IMG/VR virus record: IMGVR_UViG_3300010401_000032
Coordinates: 90,145 to 154,144 of that record
Reading direction: 5' to 3' (one strand)
DNA length: 64,000 nt
Source: a virus
Lineage: Duplodnaviria; Heunggongvirae; Uroviricota; Caudoviricetes
Shown: in pieces, positions 26,204 through 36,000 of the stretch
Layout of the letters: each line of letters starts with the position of its first letter
Numbering within the stretch: the stretch's first letter is position 1
The notes under the pieces: generated by a model
Databases searched by the model: none
Seen by the model: only the letters and a program-made list of their open reading frames with translations
What the model was told of the DNA's origin: nothing
Translations under genes and position numbers: made by a program

Positions 26204-27650
26204 GGTCTGCATCTGGTGTTTGCTGCTGCTGTTGACGCTGAGTCGGTTTGCCAATATCTAATTCTATAAATTCGCCATATGATAAATTCACATTATAGTT
26301 TATGTAATGTCCCCATAATCCCTTACCAAAACGAGCTTTCCAAATACGAACCGAGTGAGATCCCTCTCCGTCTTCTGCTCGTTCATTTTCTGTCTTACGC
26401 TTAAAATAAGAAACAGAATCGACGTTTTCGCTAATGCGTTTGCCACCGGCCACGCAGCGTATTCCGCCCTCGTCTGGCTCATTGTTCGTTTGACCAAAGG
26501 CTATCATTGGCACGTTGTACTTATGAACGAAATCATGTAGGTGCGAAATATGTAAGCCGTGCTGTTGCCACTCTTGGAGAACGCCGCGACTAATTTCATT
26601 CGTCATTGCAAGCTTGATATAATCATATACAATCAAGCATTGAGGCTGGGATGTATCTCTATCGGGCTTGACATGGCTTAAAAGCCATCGTCTTACGTGA
26701 GGAACTACTTCCATAACGCTCATGCCACTAATCGATTGATAGCTAATTGGCATTTTGCTTACGAGTTCTTTTAGCCTAGGATCTGCCAACCTACGGCCAT
26801 ATGCTATAATTTCATCAATCTTGTTTTGATCAGTAATGCCAGTGTTTCGTATTTGAGACTCTGACATTTTCCATAGGCCAGTTTCTATATATTCAGACGG
26901 CACCTTTGTAAGCATAGCTGCCATGCGAATCCATTGATCTGCCTTGCTTAATTCGCTGTCAAGATACAAAACCGGTAATCCTTTTCGAGCGGCTATGACG
27001 GCAGCCTTTAGACCAAATTGAGATTTCCCACTGCCGGTCGTTCCGACTATAAAGGTAATGCCACCATTTCGTATGTGTCCAACAAGCTCCTGCCAAATCG
27101 GATATCCAAGATCCAAGCCAATATGTCCAGGGTTATCCGCCAGGGAATCTAGGAATTCCCAAAACCCTTCACGCATATCGATGATAGCATGCTCGCCCTT
27201 ATCGATCGTATTAATCTTATTTAGTATGTCGTTCTCGACTTTACTAATCATTATCGATAAAGGATCGTCGGTGCTAGATAAATAATCCTTTAGTTCTATG
27301 AACGTTTCGGCGTACTGTGTTTTGAGAGATTGTCTTTTGACTTCTTGAAATAAACTTGCAATCTCCTGTGATGTAATCGACTCGCCAAAAAGTTCATCTA
27401 TCCACACGCCATCCTTCGTAGCAGATAAGAAATTATTATGACCAATAGACTTGGCCTCTGCAATAATCTTGGCCTTGGTTAAGGACTTTGCTTCTTTATC
27501 TATTACAAGTGACCTTATCGCCTCAAAGGTCATCTTTGTGGTAGAGTGCTGAAAATCGTCGGTATCTAGATACTCTACGTATTCAAATAGCTTGTCTGGA
27601 TACTGTACGATCCCAGCTAGAAATACTTTTTCTGCCGCAATATTACTCAT
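26196..27650 (-). CDS. dnaB: Replicative DNA helicase DnaB
   Basis: N-terminal AEK..LAGI, Walker A GTTGSGKS, YLDSE, Walker B IVYDYI, Q.N, K.R.G. Confidence 0.88.
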   Translation of the reverse strand: MSNIAAEKVFLAGIVQYPDKLFEYVEYLDTDDFQHSTTKMTFEAIRSLVIDKEAKSLTKAKIIAEAKSIGHNNFLSATKDGVWIDELFGESITSQEIASLFQEVKRQSLKTQYAETFIELKDYLSSTDDPLSIMISKVENDILNKINTIDKGEHAIIDMREGFWEFLDSLADNPGHIGLDLGYPIWQELVGHIRNGGITFIVGTTGSGKSQFGLKAAVIAARKGLPVLYLDSELSKADQWIRMAAMLTKVPSEYIETGLWKMSESQIRNTGITDQNKIDEIIAYGRRLADPRLKELVSKMPISYQSISGMSVMEVVPHVRRWLLSHVKPDRDTSQPQCLIVYDYIKLAMTNEISRGVLQEWQQHGLHISHLHDFVHKYNVPMIAFGQTNNEPDEGGIRCVAGGKRISENVDSVSYFKRKTENERAEDGEGSHSVRIWKARFGKGLWGHYINYNVNLSYGEFIELDIGKPTQRQQQQQTPDADHD

Positions 27651-28065
27651 CTTTTGTCCGAACTTCTTGTATCAAATCTTTCAGTTCTTCCAATGAAATG
27701 TTCCCCGACACTTCTATTAAATCAATCCCATTAAGGACGCACCAAGCTTTCTTACGTTCGTCGCGAGCTTGAGAATTTTGAAACCCCTTCTTGTCTGTAT
27801 GAAAAAACTTATTGAATTTAAAGTGTTGTTCGCCATGATATTCGAAAGCAAGGCAGTAGTGCGGCAAGTAAAAATCTAAAAACAATCTCTCTTCTGGTAG
27901 TCCAAATTCCTCTAATATAAGAGCCTCTTGTCCATATATGCCTTGAATAAGTCGACCAAGATTAAATTGACCAATAGACTTACTTTGTTCTCTTGAGAGA
28001 ATGGGATATCTTTCAGGCAAAATATCCATGCGAATCTCGCGGTTACTCAGCGTCTTGAATTTCAT
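27643..28065 (-). CDS. PD-(D/E)XK endonuclease-like protein (DUF559/Vsr-like)
   Basis: LDFYLP...AFEYHGEQH, RD..K..WC..NGI.LIEV; start re-called at MKFKTL. Confidence 0.75.
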   Translation of the reverse strand: MKFKTLSNREIRMDILPERYPILSREQSKSIGQFNLGRLIQGIYGQEALILEEFGLPEERLFLDFYLPHYCLAFEYHGEQHFKFNKFFHTDKKGFQNSQARDERKKAWCVLNGIDLIEVSGNISLEELKDLIQEVRTKDE

Positions 28066-29197
28066 TAGCAGATAAAGTATCAATAGGATTATTGGCGGCA
28101 GTCTTCAAGACTTCTTTTAGTTCATCGCTTAATTTGGTCACTAATGTTGCGTCCATTAATAGGCGACGAGCAGCATTAAACTGACTCATCCATGAACCAG
28201 CACGTTCCTCGTCTTCCATCACGTATTCATTAGTGGTCCTATCTAGCTTGGGTAAGAATACTTGTTTGCCGCCCTTACCGCCCATTTTTAATACGCCAAA
28301 ATTACAGCACTGTGATACCAGTTCTTGCTCATAGAAAATTCCATTCTTAAATAGAATTAAGAAAGAGTTTTCATTACCATCAGGAGCAAGTTTGTTTTTG
28401 ATAATTTTATATCTTATAATCACGCCATATTTGTTAGCGTCTGCGTCTTGTAAATAGTCGGCCTTACGGGGCTTGAAAAGTTGAATTCGTTGTGAGGCGT
28501 AGAACTTCAAAGCCTTGCCGCCCGGCGTTGAAGTAGGATCGCCATACATAGTAATCTTATCTCTAATTTGATTGATGAATATGAGAGTGACTTTGTTTCC
28601 CTCGGCGACACCTATTAACTTACGCATTGCGTCGGAAATGAGTTTGGCCAAATTGCCGACCTTGGCTTCGCCAATCTCGCCAGCTAATACCGCTGCGGGT
28701 TGAGCCGCGTCGATGGAATCTAAAATAGCTACTCCACCAGGACACATGGCGGCGAACTTTCGCATGGCTTCAAATGCCTGCTCTCCATTCGTGGCGTTTA
28801 CTATCCAGAGTGGGCAATCACCTTCTTTGCCGGCCTCCATTTGTTCTATAGCCTTATCTATGTATGGACGCAAAGAACGCACCGTACGCATCAGCGACAG
28901 GTTTAAGTTCTTCTCCATGTTTATATATAAAACGGTCTTGCCCTTTCTAATAGCACGGCCGGCAACTTCTAAAGAAAGAGTTGTTTTACATGTTGATTCT
29001 TCGCCAAAGATCTCGGTTATTCTGCCCTCTGGAAAGGGTACGACTAAATCGTAGTCCAAAGTATAAGATCCACTTTCATTAGCGGATGGATCAATTACCT
29101 GTGCGGCTGTCATGGCCTGAACGCCTTCTACTTCAACCGTTTGCTTAAAAAAGTTGAATGCTTCTATGTTTTCAGATTTCTTTTGCTTGTTGGCCAC
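28043..29197 (-). CDS. recA: RecA-family recombinase
   Basis: GRITEIFGEESTCKTT, ILDSI.A, FINQIR.KI..YG.P.TTPGG.ALKFYAS.RI, KNK.AP. Confidence 0.9.
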   Translation of the reverse strand: MANKQKKSENIEAFNFFKQTVEVEGVQAMTAAQVIDPSANESGSYTLDYDLVVPFPEGRITEIFGEESTCKTTLSLEVAGRAIRKGKTVLYINMEKNLNLSLMRTVRSLRPYIDKAIEQMEAGKEGDCPLWIVNATNGEQAFEAMRKFAAMCPGGVAILDSIDAAQPAAVLAGEIGEAKVGNLAKLISDAMRKLIGVAEGNKVTLIFINQIRDKITMYGDPTSTPGGKALKFYASQRIQLFKPRKADYLQDADANKYGVIIRYKIIKNKLAPDGNENSFLILFKNGIFYEQELVSQCCNFGVLKMGGKGGKQVFLPKLDRTTNEYVMEDEERAGSWMSQFNAARRLLMDATLVTKLSDELKEVLKTAANNPIDTLSANEIQDAE

Positions 29198-29618
29198 TTT
29201 CTAACTCCCTTAAAAATGCGATGAGTGATTTCGGCTTCTCTTGTTTTTTGTACTGAACATTTTCAAGTCCGGTACTGGAAAGATCTTGACGCCGATCACA
29301 ATAAAGTCTATGTACTTGTTCTAAATCGTAGTTTTGAAATAGCTTTCTAGCGACGACTGCCATTTTGGCAAATTCCTGAGGACTGATCTGCGTTGGCTTG
29401 CACTTCCAGATATAAAACGCTAACTGCCCGTACGACAATCCATACGGGTCTTGATTTAGTTTCTTAATAGCGGCAACGATACGTCCCCATTGCTTGCTAT
29501 TAGAACCACGCCATGGAAAGATATCGCTGCGGATATCGCGATTGAGCCAAATAAATTCTGTCAATAGATTGGCGGAATCGTGTTCTATGTTAGGCGTTGT
29601 GATAGAAGTATATTTCAT
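29172..29618 (-). CDS. Hypothetical protein (replication module)
   Basis: 148 aa, translationally coupled to recA; no family recognised. Confidence 0.7.
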   Translation of the reverse strand: MKYTSITTPNIEHDSANLLTEFIWLNRDIRSDIFPWRGSNSKQWGRIVAAIKKLNQDPYGLSYGQLAFYIWKCKPTQISPQEFAKMAVVARKLFQNYDLEQVHRLYCDRRQDLSSTGLENVQYKKQEKPKSLIAFLRELESGQQAKEI

Positions 29619-30070
29619 GCCGGGTGATCATTGATGATTATGGCAGGATCACCTTTCACGTAGGGTCGAATTTCGTGCTTTATATTTCCAGACTCGGAAA
29701 CCCACGTAATAATAACTTCTAAGCCCTTAAGATAGCCTATACCACGTTCTTGACCCTCAAATATTCCCTGGTCACACAATAGAACGCCGATAGACTTACT
29801 GTGCCAATATCCGTTAATCTGCGGAGTTTTATCTGGACCACGATACGGAAGTAAAACTACTTGACAGCCGTATGCTTCTAAACGAAGATTGGTTAACTTA
29901 AGATTGTGAATCTTGACATAATCGCTAAGTCTTCTCCACGCGGAGACTTCTCCAGGTGTCACGTCTTCGAAAACTGTAGTGCCATCAGATAAAGAAGCTA
30001 TCCATCGACTTGCAGTCGGATCTTCGTTAGGTTTAGGTACATACGGATGTTTAGACGTAAAGACTAACAT
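29615..30070 (-). CDS. Hypothetical protein, first gene of the replication operon
   Basis: 151 aa; ATG lies 6 nt after a -10 box. Confidence 0.7.
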   Translation of the reverse strand: MLVFTSKHPYVPKPNEDPTASRWIASLSDGTTVFEDVTPGEVSAWRRLSDYVKIHNLKLTNLRLEAYGCQVVLLPYRGPDKTPQINGYWHSKSIGVLLCDQGIFEGQERGIGYLKGLEVIITWVSESGNIKHEIRPYVKGDPAIIINDHPA

Positions 30071-30104
30071 ATGAGCATTATGACACGAAAGACTAAAATG
30101 TCAA
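30071..30104 (-). promoter_or_regulatory. sigma70-type promoter, probably leaderless, for the replication operon
   Basis: TTGACA (30104-30099), 16 nt, TG-T-CATAAT (30082-30077), 6 nt, ATG; no SD. Confidence 0.7.
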
Positions 30105-30106
30105 CG

Positions 30107-30129
30107 AAAAAGGCGGGGATAACCCCGCC
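30107..30129 (-). terminator. Rho-independent terminator ending the structural transcript
   Basis: GGCGGGG-TTAT-CCCCGCC then TTTTT on the minus strand, 22 nt after the 30152 stop. Confidence 0.85.
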
Positions 30130-30151
30130 CTTTAGTCGCTAATCGTATAGA

Positions 30152-30823
30152 TTATAGGAATTCTAATTGCATGTAATAGCCGAAATTCGTCTTACGGCCG
30201 GCGGCCGTAGGTGAACCGCTTATAAGTAAATGATAGTCGTGAACGTGTGCTCCGATTGCCTGATCATTTAGACTCATAACCGCACCGGCAGAAGAAATCT
30301 CTGACCAAGCTGCGTCGGCCGAATTTCCAGATGTGTCTCTTAATTGTGCTGCCTTGACTGTGATACCAGTTGCCAAGCTACCAATATTTGGTACACCGGA
30401 ACCAGCATCAAAGTTCACCGCTCTAAAGGTAGCATTCTGTGTTACAACGGCGGTTCCATTAGGCTCCGTGAATCTGCAAAGCAATGTACCGGACTCTCGT
30501 GGTATATTGGCAAATCCACCTGTAAATGGAACCCCAGAGTTTTCCACGCTAGAGGCACCGGTAAATTTGTTGTTGACCATTTGCCCGAGGTTCGCACCTA
30601 GATAATCTGTTCTAAAAGTACGATCCTGGTACTGTCCAACAATAACAGCACTATTCGGAGCACCATTAACTCCGAAGAAGCCCATACGATTAGGGCTATT
30701 TGTGGCACCAATTTCGAAATTGAAAATTTCGAATCTAGTAGTAGCTTGTCCTGCGGCATAAAGAGAGGCAACGGAATTGCCTAATACGCCAGAAGTACCA
30801 AAAAATCTAATACCGCTTACAAT
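30152..30823 (-). CDS. Probable virion structural protein, extended to a likely ATT start
   Basis: The frame stays open upstream of the track ATG (30685) to TAG at 30857-59, with no ATG/GTG/TTG. AGGTG-TTATT-ATT gives MVSGIRFFGTSG...; G/S/T/N-rich composition. Confidence 0.65.
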   Translation of the reverse strand: MVSGIRFFGTSGVLGNSVASLYAAGQATTRFEIFNFEIGATNSPNRMGFFGVNGAPNSAVIVGQYQDRTFRTDYLGANLGQMVNNKFTGASSVENSGVPFTGGFANIPRESGTLLCRFTEPNGTAVVTQNATFRAVNFDAGSGVPNIGSLATGITVKAAQLRDTSGNSADAAWSEISSAGAVMSLNDQAIGAHVHDYHLLISGSPTAAGRKTNFGYYMQLEFL

Positions 30824-30912
30824 AATAACACCTAATTTCTTTCTTTTAAACTCTAACTATCCATATGGAACATTAGGTAAATCAGAACTATGGCAAAAAA
30901 CCAATGCTACTA

Positions 30913-30924
30913 ATAATACACTAA
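30913..30924 (-). promoter_or_regulatory. Candidate late-promoter motif TTAGTGTATTAT (exact)
   Basis: Exact 12-mer overlapping the TAG stop of 30921-33008, about 90 nt upstream of the next start. Confidence 0.55.
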
Positions 30925-33008
30925 TATGGAATAAACACTAGTTCGCGTGCGGGCATTGCTGCCCCAACGCTTGTGTCAATTCTAGCAATAGACTTAACTT
31001 CCCAGTAATTTGTTGATTCTTCAATCCGAATGATATATAAGCTTTTAATGCCAGATTTTACCCAGGCTATTATAGCGTATATACCGTCCCTTAGGTGAGT
31101 TGCCCCAGAAATTTCAATTACATCCATGATTTGGGCAGATGTAGCATGACCTATAAAGGGTGCTCCATTAATATATTTGACCATACCAAATTGTACAGTA
31201 CCACAACTAGGTGCAGAACCGTCGTCTGAAAATGGTTCTGTTCCATCAGTAACAACGTCCATTGGAATAAGTCCACTGCCGATATCGGTGCCGTTTTGCC
31301 CGCCGTAGAAAACATATTGTTTGCCACCAATATTCACTCCTCTATCCTGAATAAGTCCACTAGATACAAGTGGCACATACTTATTCAAATACTTGAAAGT
31401 ACTATCAAATTTCCAATATGGAAAACCACCGGCACCGATATCGTTACCATTGGAAACCCAATATTCATCAGCAATTGGATCATGCCATAAATCAAAAAAG
31501 AATGCACCGTCATTAACTGGAAATTGATTAGTAATATTAGGCTGAGTAACGTCTGATGTACTTGTAATTGCAGCAGATAAATCTAGTATATCGTTATATC
31601 GTCCAAGTCTTAATTGGCCCGAGTTGCTGGCAAACGGTCTTTGTATAGTCGGATGCAATCTATAGATATTATTTACGCTCGGTCTCGTAAGACCAACGAA
31701 CGTAGACCAATTACCGCTATCACTTACCGGAATCGATCCGAACGTAACTTGAGAAGCTATTGGAGTTTGATCAGCATATCTTACCCATAATGATGTAAAT
31801 GTAAATGGAGACAATAGGGCTAGACCAGAAGGATAACCAAAGTTAGATCCGGCGTATGAAGCCTGAGTATTTCTATCTGTCATCCATAGTGTATCATCAA
31901 AAACTTGATATCCTATATTAGAATTTGTGTTTGTAATAATAGAATTAGACGGCCAAGACGCCGCTGGAGTGGGCCAGTAACTAAAGATTCCGGATTCGAT
32001 TGTAGTGAAGGAGAAATTTGCAAATCTATTAATACCCGCTACTCTATAAACACCAGAGCCTTGTGATCGCGGCGTCGAAAATATTCTTGTAGTTTCCGCG
32101 TTGCCACCTAATGAAAGCGATCTAATACTATCCATGAAAAAATCAAAATCATCTGTATTAAATTTGATTCCATGCCCCAATGCTATACTTGTTTGTTCTC
32201 TTAATGCATAGCCATCGAATCTTACTACTCCAGAAAATATAGGGTCGGTTGCATAGAATTCATTCCCTGACAAAAGTTCCGGTTCCCTGCCAGTAAGTGG
32301 CACTAAAGAACCGTCCGTCTTTTGAAAAGATGGAAATATTGGAGCACATAATATCATGAACGTGTCATTAGCATTAGTATCTCCTCTTCGTCCATGGGCA
32401 GTTCTATAATCAGATCTGCTAAAAAATGGTGCCGGATTGAACATGACTTCGCCGAAGTCTATATCGTATAGAACGCCAGAAGATCCTAGTACGTCTGTAA
32501 CGTTGTAGTCGATAATACCCACTTCCGAAGGAAATCTATGGGCATTATGGCCGGTCGTAAAAAATTCTGGAGCAAAATAAAATCCACTCGGACTATCTGG
32601 ATATGCTGACTGAAACCATCCCTTTAAAAAGTCTTCATTAGAATAATCGGAGTCATTTGTATAAAAATTAAATAATGATTCCAATGCACTTCTTGTATCT
32701 TGTATGACATCTATATAGCTAAGAGAAGCGGGGGCTACCTCATTACCTAGAGTAGATCCGTTAGCCTTGGGTTCATATGGACCAGACGGAGCAATGGCCG
32801 GATTGATATAGACAAAAAAGTCTGACAAAATATGGCTGCTAACAAGCCTGCGAAATTTTCTCATTTCAGCGGTAATGATGAACTGTGCCTGCTCCAGTAA
32901 AATACCAGACGGACCTATAGCTGGACGAGCACTATAGGGCTCAGGAACCCTAAAAGATCCCTTACCTATAGCATATTCATATGGGGGTATACCTGATTGT
33001 AAAACCAT
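30921..33008 (-). CDS. Putative tail-tip/virion protein, 695 aa
   Basis: Position in tail module; beta-rich, aromatic/Gly/Ser composition; no family recognised. Confidence 0.7.
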   Translation of the reverse strand: MVLQSGIPPYEYAIGKGSFRVPEPYSARPAIGPSGILLEQAQFIITAEMRKFRRLVSSHILSDFFVYINPAIAPSGPYEPKANGSTLGNEVAPASLSYIDVIQDTRSALESLFNFYTNDSDYSNEDFLKGWFQSAYPDSPSGFYFAPEFFTTGHNAHRFPSEVGIIDYNVTDVLGSSGVLYDIDFGEVMFNPAPFFSRSDYRTAHGRRGDTNANDTFMILCAPIFPSFQKTDGSLVPLTGREPELLSGNEFYATDPIFSGVVRFDGYALREQTSIALGHGIKFNTDDFDFFMDSIRSLSLGGNAETTRIFSTPRSQGSGVYRVAGINRFANFSFTTIESGIFSYWPTPAASWPSNSIITNTNSNIGYQVFDDTLWMTDRNTQASYAGSNFGYPSGLALLSPFTFTSLWVRYADQTPIASQVTFGSIPVSDSGNWSTFVGLTRPSVNNIYRLHPTIQRPFASNSGQLRLGRYNDILDLSAAITSTSDVTQPNITNQFPVNDGAFFFDLWHDPIADEYWVSNGNDIGAGGFPYWKFDSTFKYLNKYVPLVSSGLIQDRGVNIGGKQYVFYGGQNGTDIGSGLIPMDVVTDGTEPFSDDGSAPSCGTVQFGMVKYINGAPFIGHATSAQIMDVIEISGATHLRDGIYAIIAWVKSGIKSLYIIRIEESTNYWEVKSIARIDTSVGAAMPARELVFIPY

Positions 33009-36000
33009 TATGCAAATCTAAAGAGAGCACCCTTGACTATTTCTACGAAGCTTACTGTACTTGTTTGTCCGAATCCACCGCTAGGTACTGTATTAACCGT
33101 TGTCAAAAATCCTCTATCTCCTGATACTGCGAATTCTCTAAATGGCACGGGAATAACATTTGGGTATAATTGTCCGGAAGCTATACTAAATCTGCCGTCG
33201 GCCCCTATACCAAGTTCTTTACATAATGCTACGGCAGTTGGCAGCCCTTGTTCGACAACGCTAATAATTTCAACGGGAGTTACTCCAGCACCAGCTTGTT
33301 GAACTGTGCTTGTAATAAAGATTCTGTCGTTGCTGGCCCCAGGGGATACCGGTGCGTCTCCTTGAACCGCCAAAACAGTTTTATCGCCAACGTTAACAGT
33401 TCCATTGAGAACAGAAACGCCCAAGATGGCACGGTTGACCCCAAGTGTCGCTAGTGTTGTAGGGTCAACAATAGTAACGTCATATTTACTTGAATCAAAT
33501 CCGTTTACTTGGTTAACAAATACGATCGTTCCGTTGCCGAATGGGCGACCTTGAGTGAAGTATCTTAAGATAATATTGCCGTCCGGCAATTCAAAGTCGT
33601 CGGTATGATACATGGCTTCGTCACTAATGTTCAAGAAGCCGTCTATGCAAATTGCTCCGTCAACGAAGTCTGGGTTAGAAGAGTCAAATGCATGTGGTGG
33701 TTTTGTATAACCATGCTGATCGATACCACGATAGCGTTCAGGTTCTTCGGATCCAGGAGCACTGCCTAATGTGAATATATTGTTAACTTCGTTAACAGTT
33801 ACACGAACGGCCTTTTCATCCCTGTCAAAGAATAGAGGCGGGAAGAATGGATCACCTGGTAATAGTGGATCTGCCGGAGGACCAGGATTAGGATCAAGTA
33901 ATGATAGATCTGTAAAATCTATAGGATTCAAAATGCCGTTTAAGTGAGCACGAACACGTTCGCCAAGCGGGGCATCGCGTCCAAACTTCGGGAAGTAAGA
34001 CTGGATCTTATATCTTGTTAAGAATCCATCAATACCAAAGCTAATATTCAGTTCATTAACACCGTGACTGATCTCTCCATATAGTCCTGAAGGACCAATA
34101 TTTTGTTCGGCAAAAGCATCGAATGAAAGTACAGGTAGTCCTACTTGCTGAAAATCTGCATATCTAGAAGAACTGCGAGGAACTATCTTGCCCTCTACTC
34201 GACGAATGGCACGATCCGACATTACTTGTAATGAGGTCTGATTACCCTCGGGAGAGAACGCCCATGGCACGAATTGATCGTCTAGTTGAACGTCTTCGTC
34301 ACGCTCGTAATGTAAGTCTCCCAAAACCCATTGGCTAGGATATGCTTGACCATAGCGGCTACGAGATTCTATTGGAATTGCAACGCCGGAAAGTGAATCA
34401 TACACATTAAGAATAATAGATGGATTAATAATATCTAATAGCCCGGAACCGGCGAGCTTGTTTTGAATATTAATTAATGTTGCTAGCTGGCTAATAACGT
34501 TATCTTCGACAAGTCCGCCTGAGGGTCCTGCATTAACCGGCAATTGACAAAGAACAGTACCTTCCGGATAATCTTCGAATGAATAGAGTTCGTCGCTTCT
34601 AGGATTGATAACTCGATTACCGACTAACGACAGGTCTACCGGTATATAGTGTTCGCCAGATCCGTTTGGATTAAATGGAGGTGCATCTTCGGTCCAATTG
34701 CCGAAGCTGGCAGGACTATCATCGCCTTGCGGGCCATAAATAGTAAATGCCGGAAGCTTGCAGTAGGCTCTTACTCTAAAATCATCTGTCACGAATGGGC
34801 TTACGGGACCCAATAGTTTATTAATTTCATAGTCGTCAACATAAACTCCGCTGCCGCCATTGACAACAACTCCAGAAGAAGACAGTTTATAGCCTTCAAC
34901 CTGATTTTCAATATTTGCCCAGGCCGCGTCAACTAAACGGAATAGACCAGAAGCTTGATTAAATAATAGTCCTTCGGCGACATATGAACGCCCATAGTGT
35001 CTAGACGAGTGATCACGAACTCTATTATAGTATGCGATCGTCCAGTTTTGATCTTCGTCGCGACGATTGTTAATAACACGAATACCGGATGCTTCATTAC
35101 CGCCACCGAGTGCGGAAAGCGGCATGAGTGGGTCTAATCTACTTTGGAAACTAGGATCTTGAGCGGCTATAGATCCTTCGTCTGGTGGTAATCCATATCC
35201 TGTTGGCGTACCACTTGGGTCAGCACTTTGATAGATCTTAAAATAGGTCCACTGTTCAATGCCAGCAAGTGCAAGCTGTAGTTCTTTTTCGGTTGGTTTA
35301 TATGTACGATAGAAGCCGCCAGCATCATAGAAACCAATTGTAAGCTTGGACCATGCCGGATAAAATATTAATTGTATTCCGCTTGCCTGAGTATTAAGGT
35401 CAACAATACCATCCAAGCCAAAAGTATCAATCCCGTCTATGGGGCTTAGAATGTTTGAATTTATAAAGCCCTCTTGGTGGCCGCCGATAACTCTAAATCT
35501 AGTTGGATCGGGAACAACGTCCTGCCCGAAACCAAGCTGAGTTGTTTCATTGAGTCCGCTAGCACTACCGAATTCAGAAACTAAATCCAGAATGTCCGTT
35601 TCTGATATATCGAATACGGCCTTCTTATTGACAAGGTTGATCTTCTGTGCGTCCATATTCCAATACCAGTCGTATCCAGTATCGAATAATACGCGAGTTA
35701 TAACCTCGTCAAATGTATTAAGATTAAATTGGAATCTTAGGGCTTCTGACGTGCCATCAATGTTTTTTTCGATCTGTGCGACCGTAGGCAAATCGGCAAT
35801 AGGGAACGCACATTTGTTTTCATTAAAATGAAGGTCTATAGCCGTTAATATTTGGCTGTATGTTCCGCCGAATTGTAATATACGCTTATATTCTTGTATA
35901 TTAGAATCAATCGTTCCATTAATATCCGTTAGACCATTAACAATTCTAAATGCACGGGCTATAGATATGACTCCACTAGGGGCGTCCTCACTCAAGTCCT

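Noticed and set aside
26218-26236. CAG microsatellite encoding poly-Q at the DnaB C-terminus
   Set aside because: Only about 5 Gln codons in a disordered tail; too short to suggest phase variation.
19612-29197. Inteins or introns in dnaE, dnaB, dnaG or recA
   Set aside because: Lengths are normal and I saw no C-start/HN-end intein or LAGLIDADG motifs.
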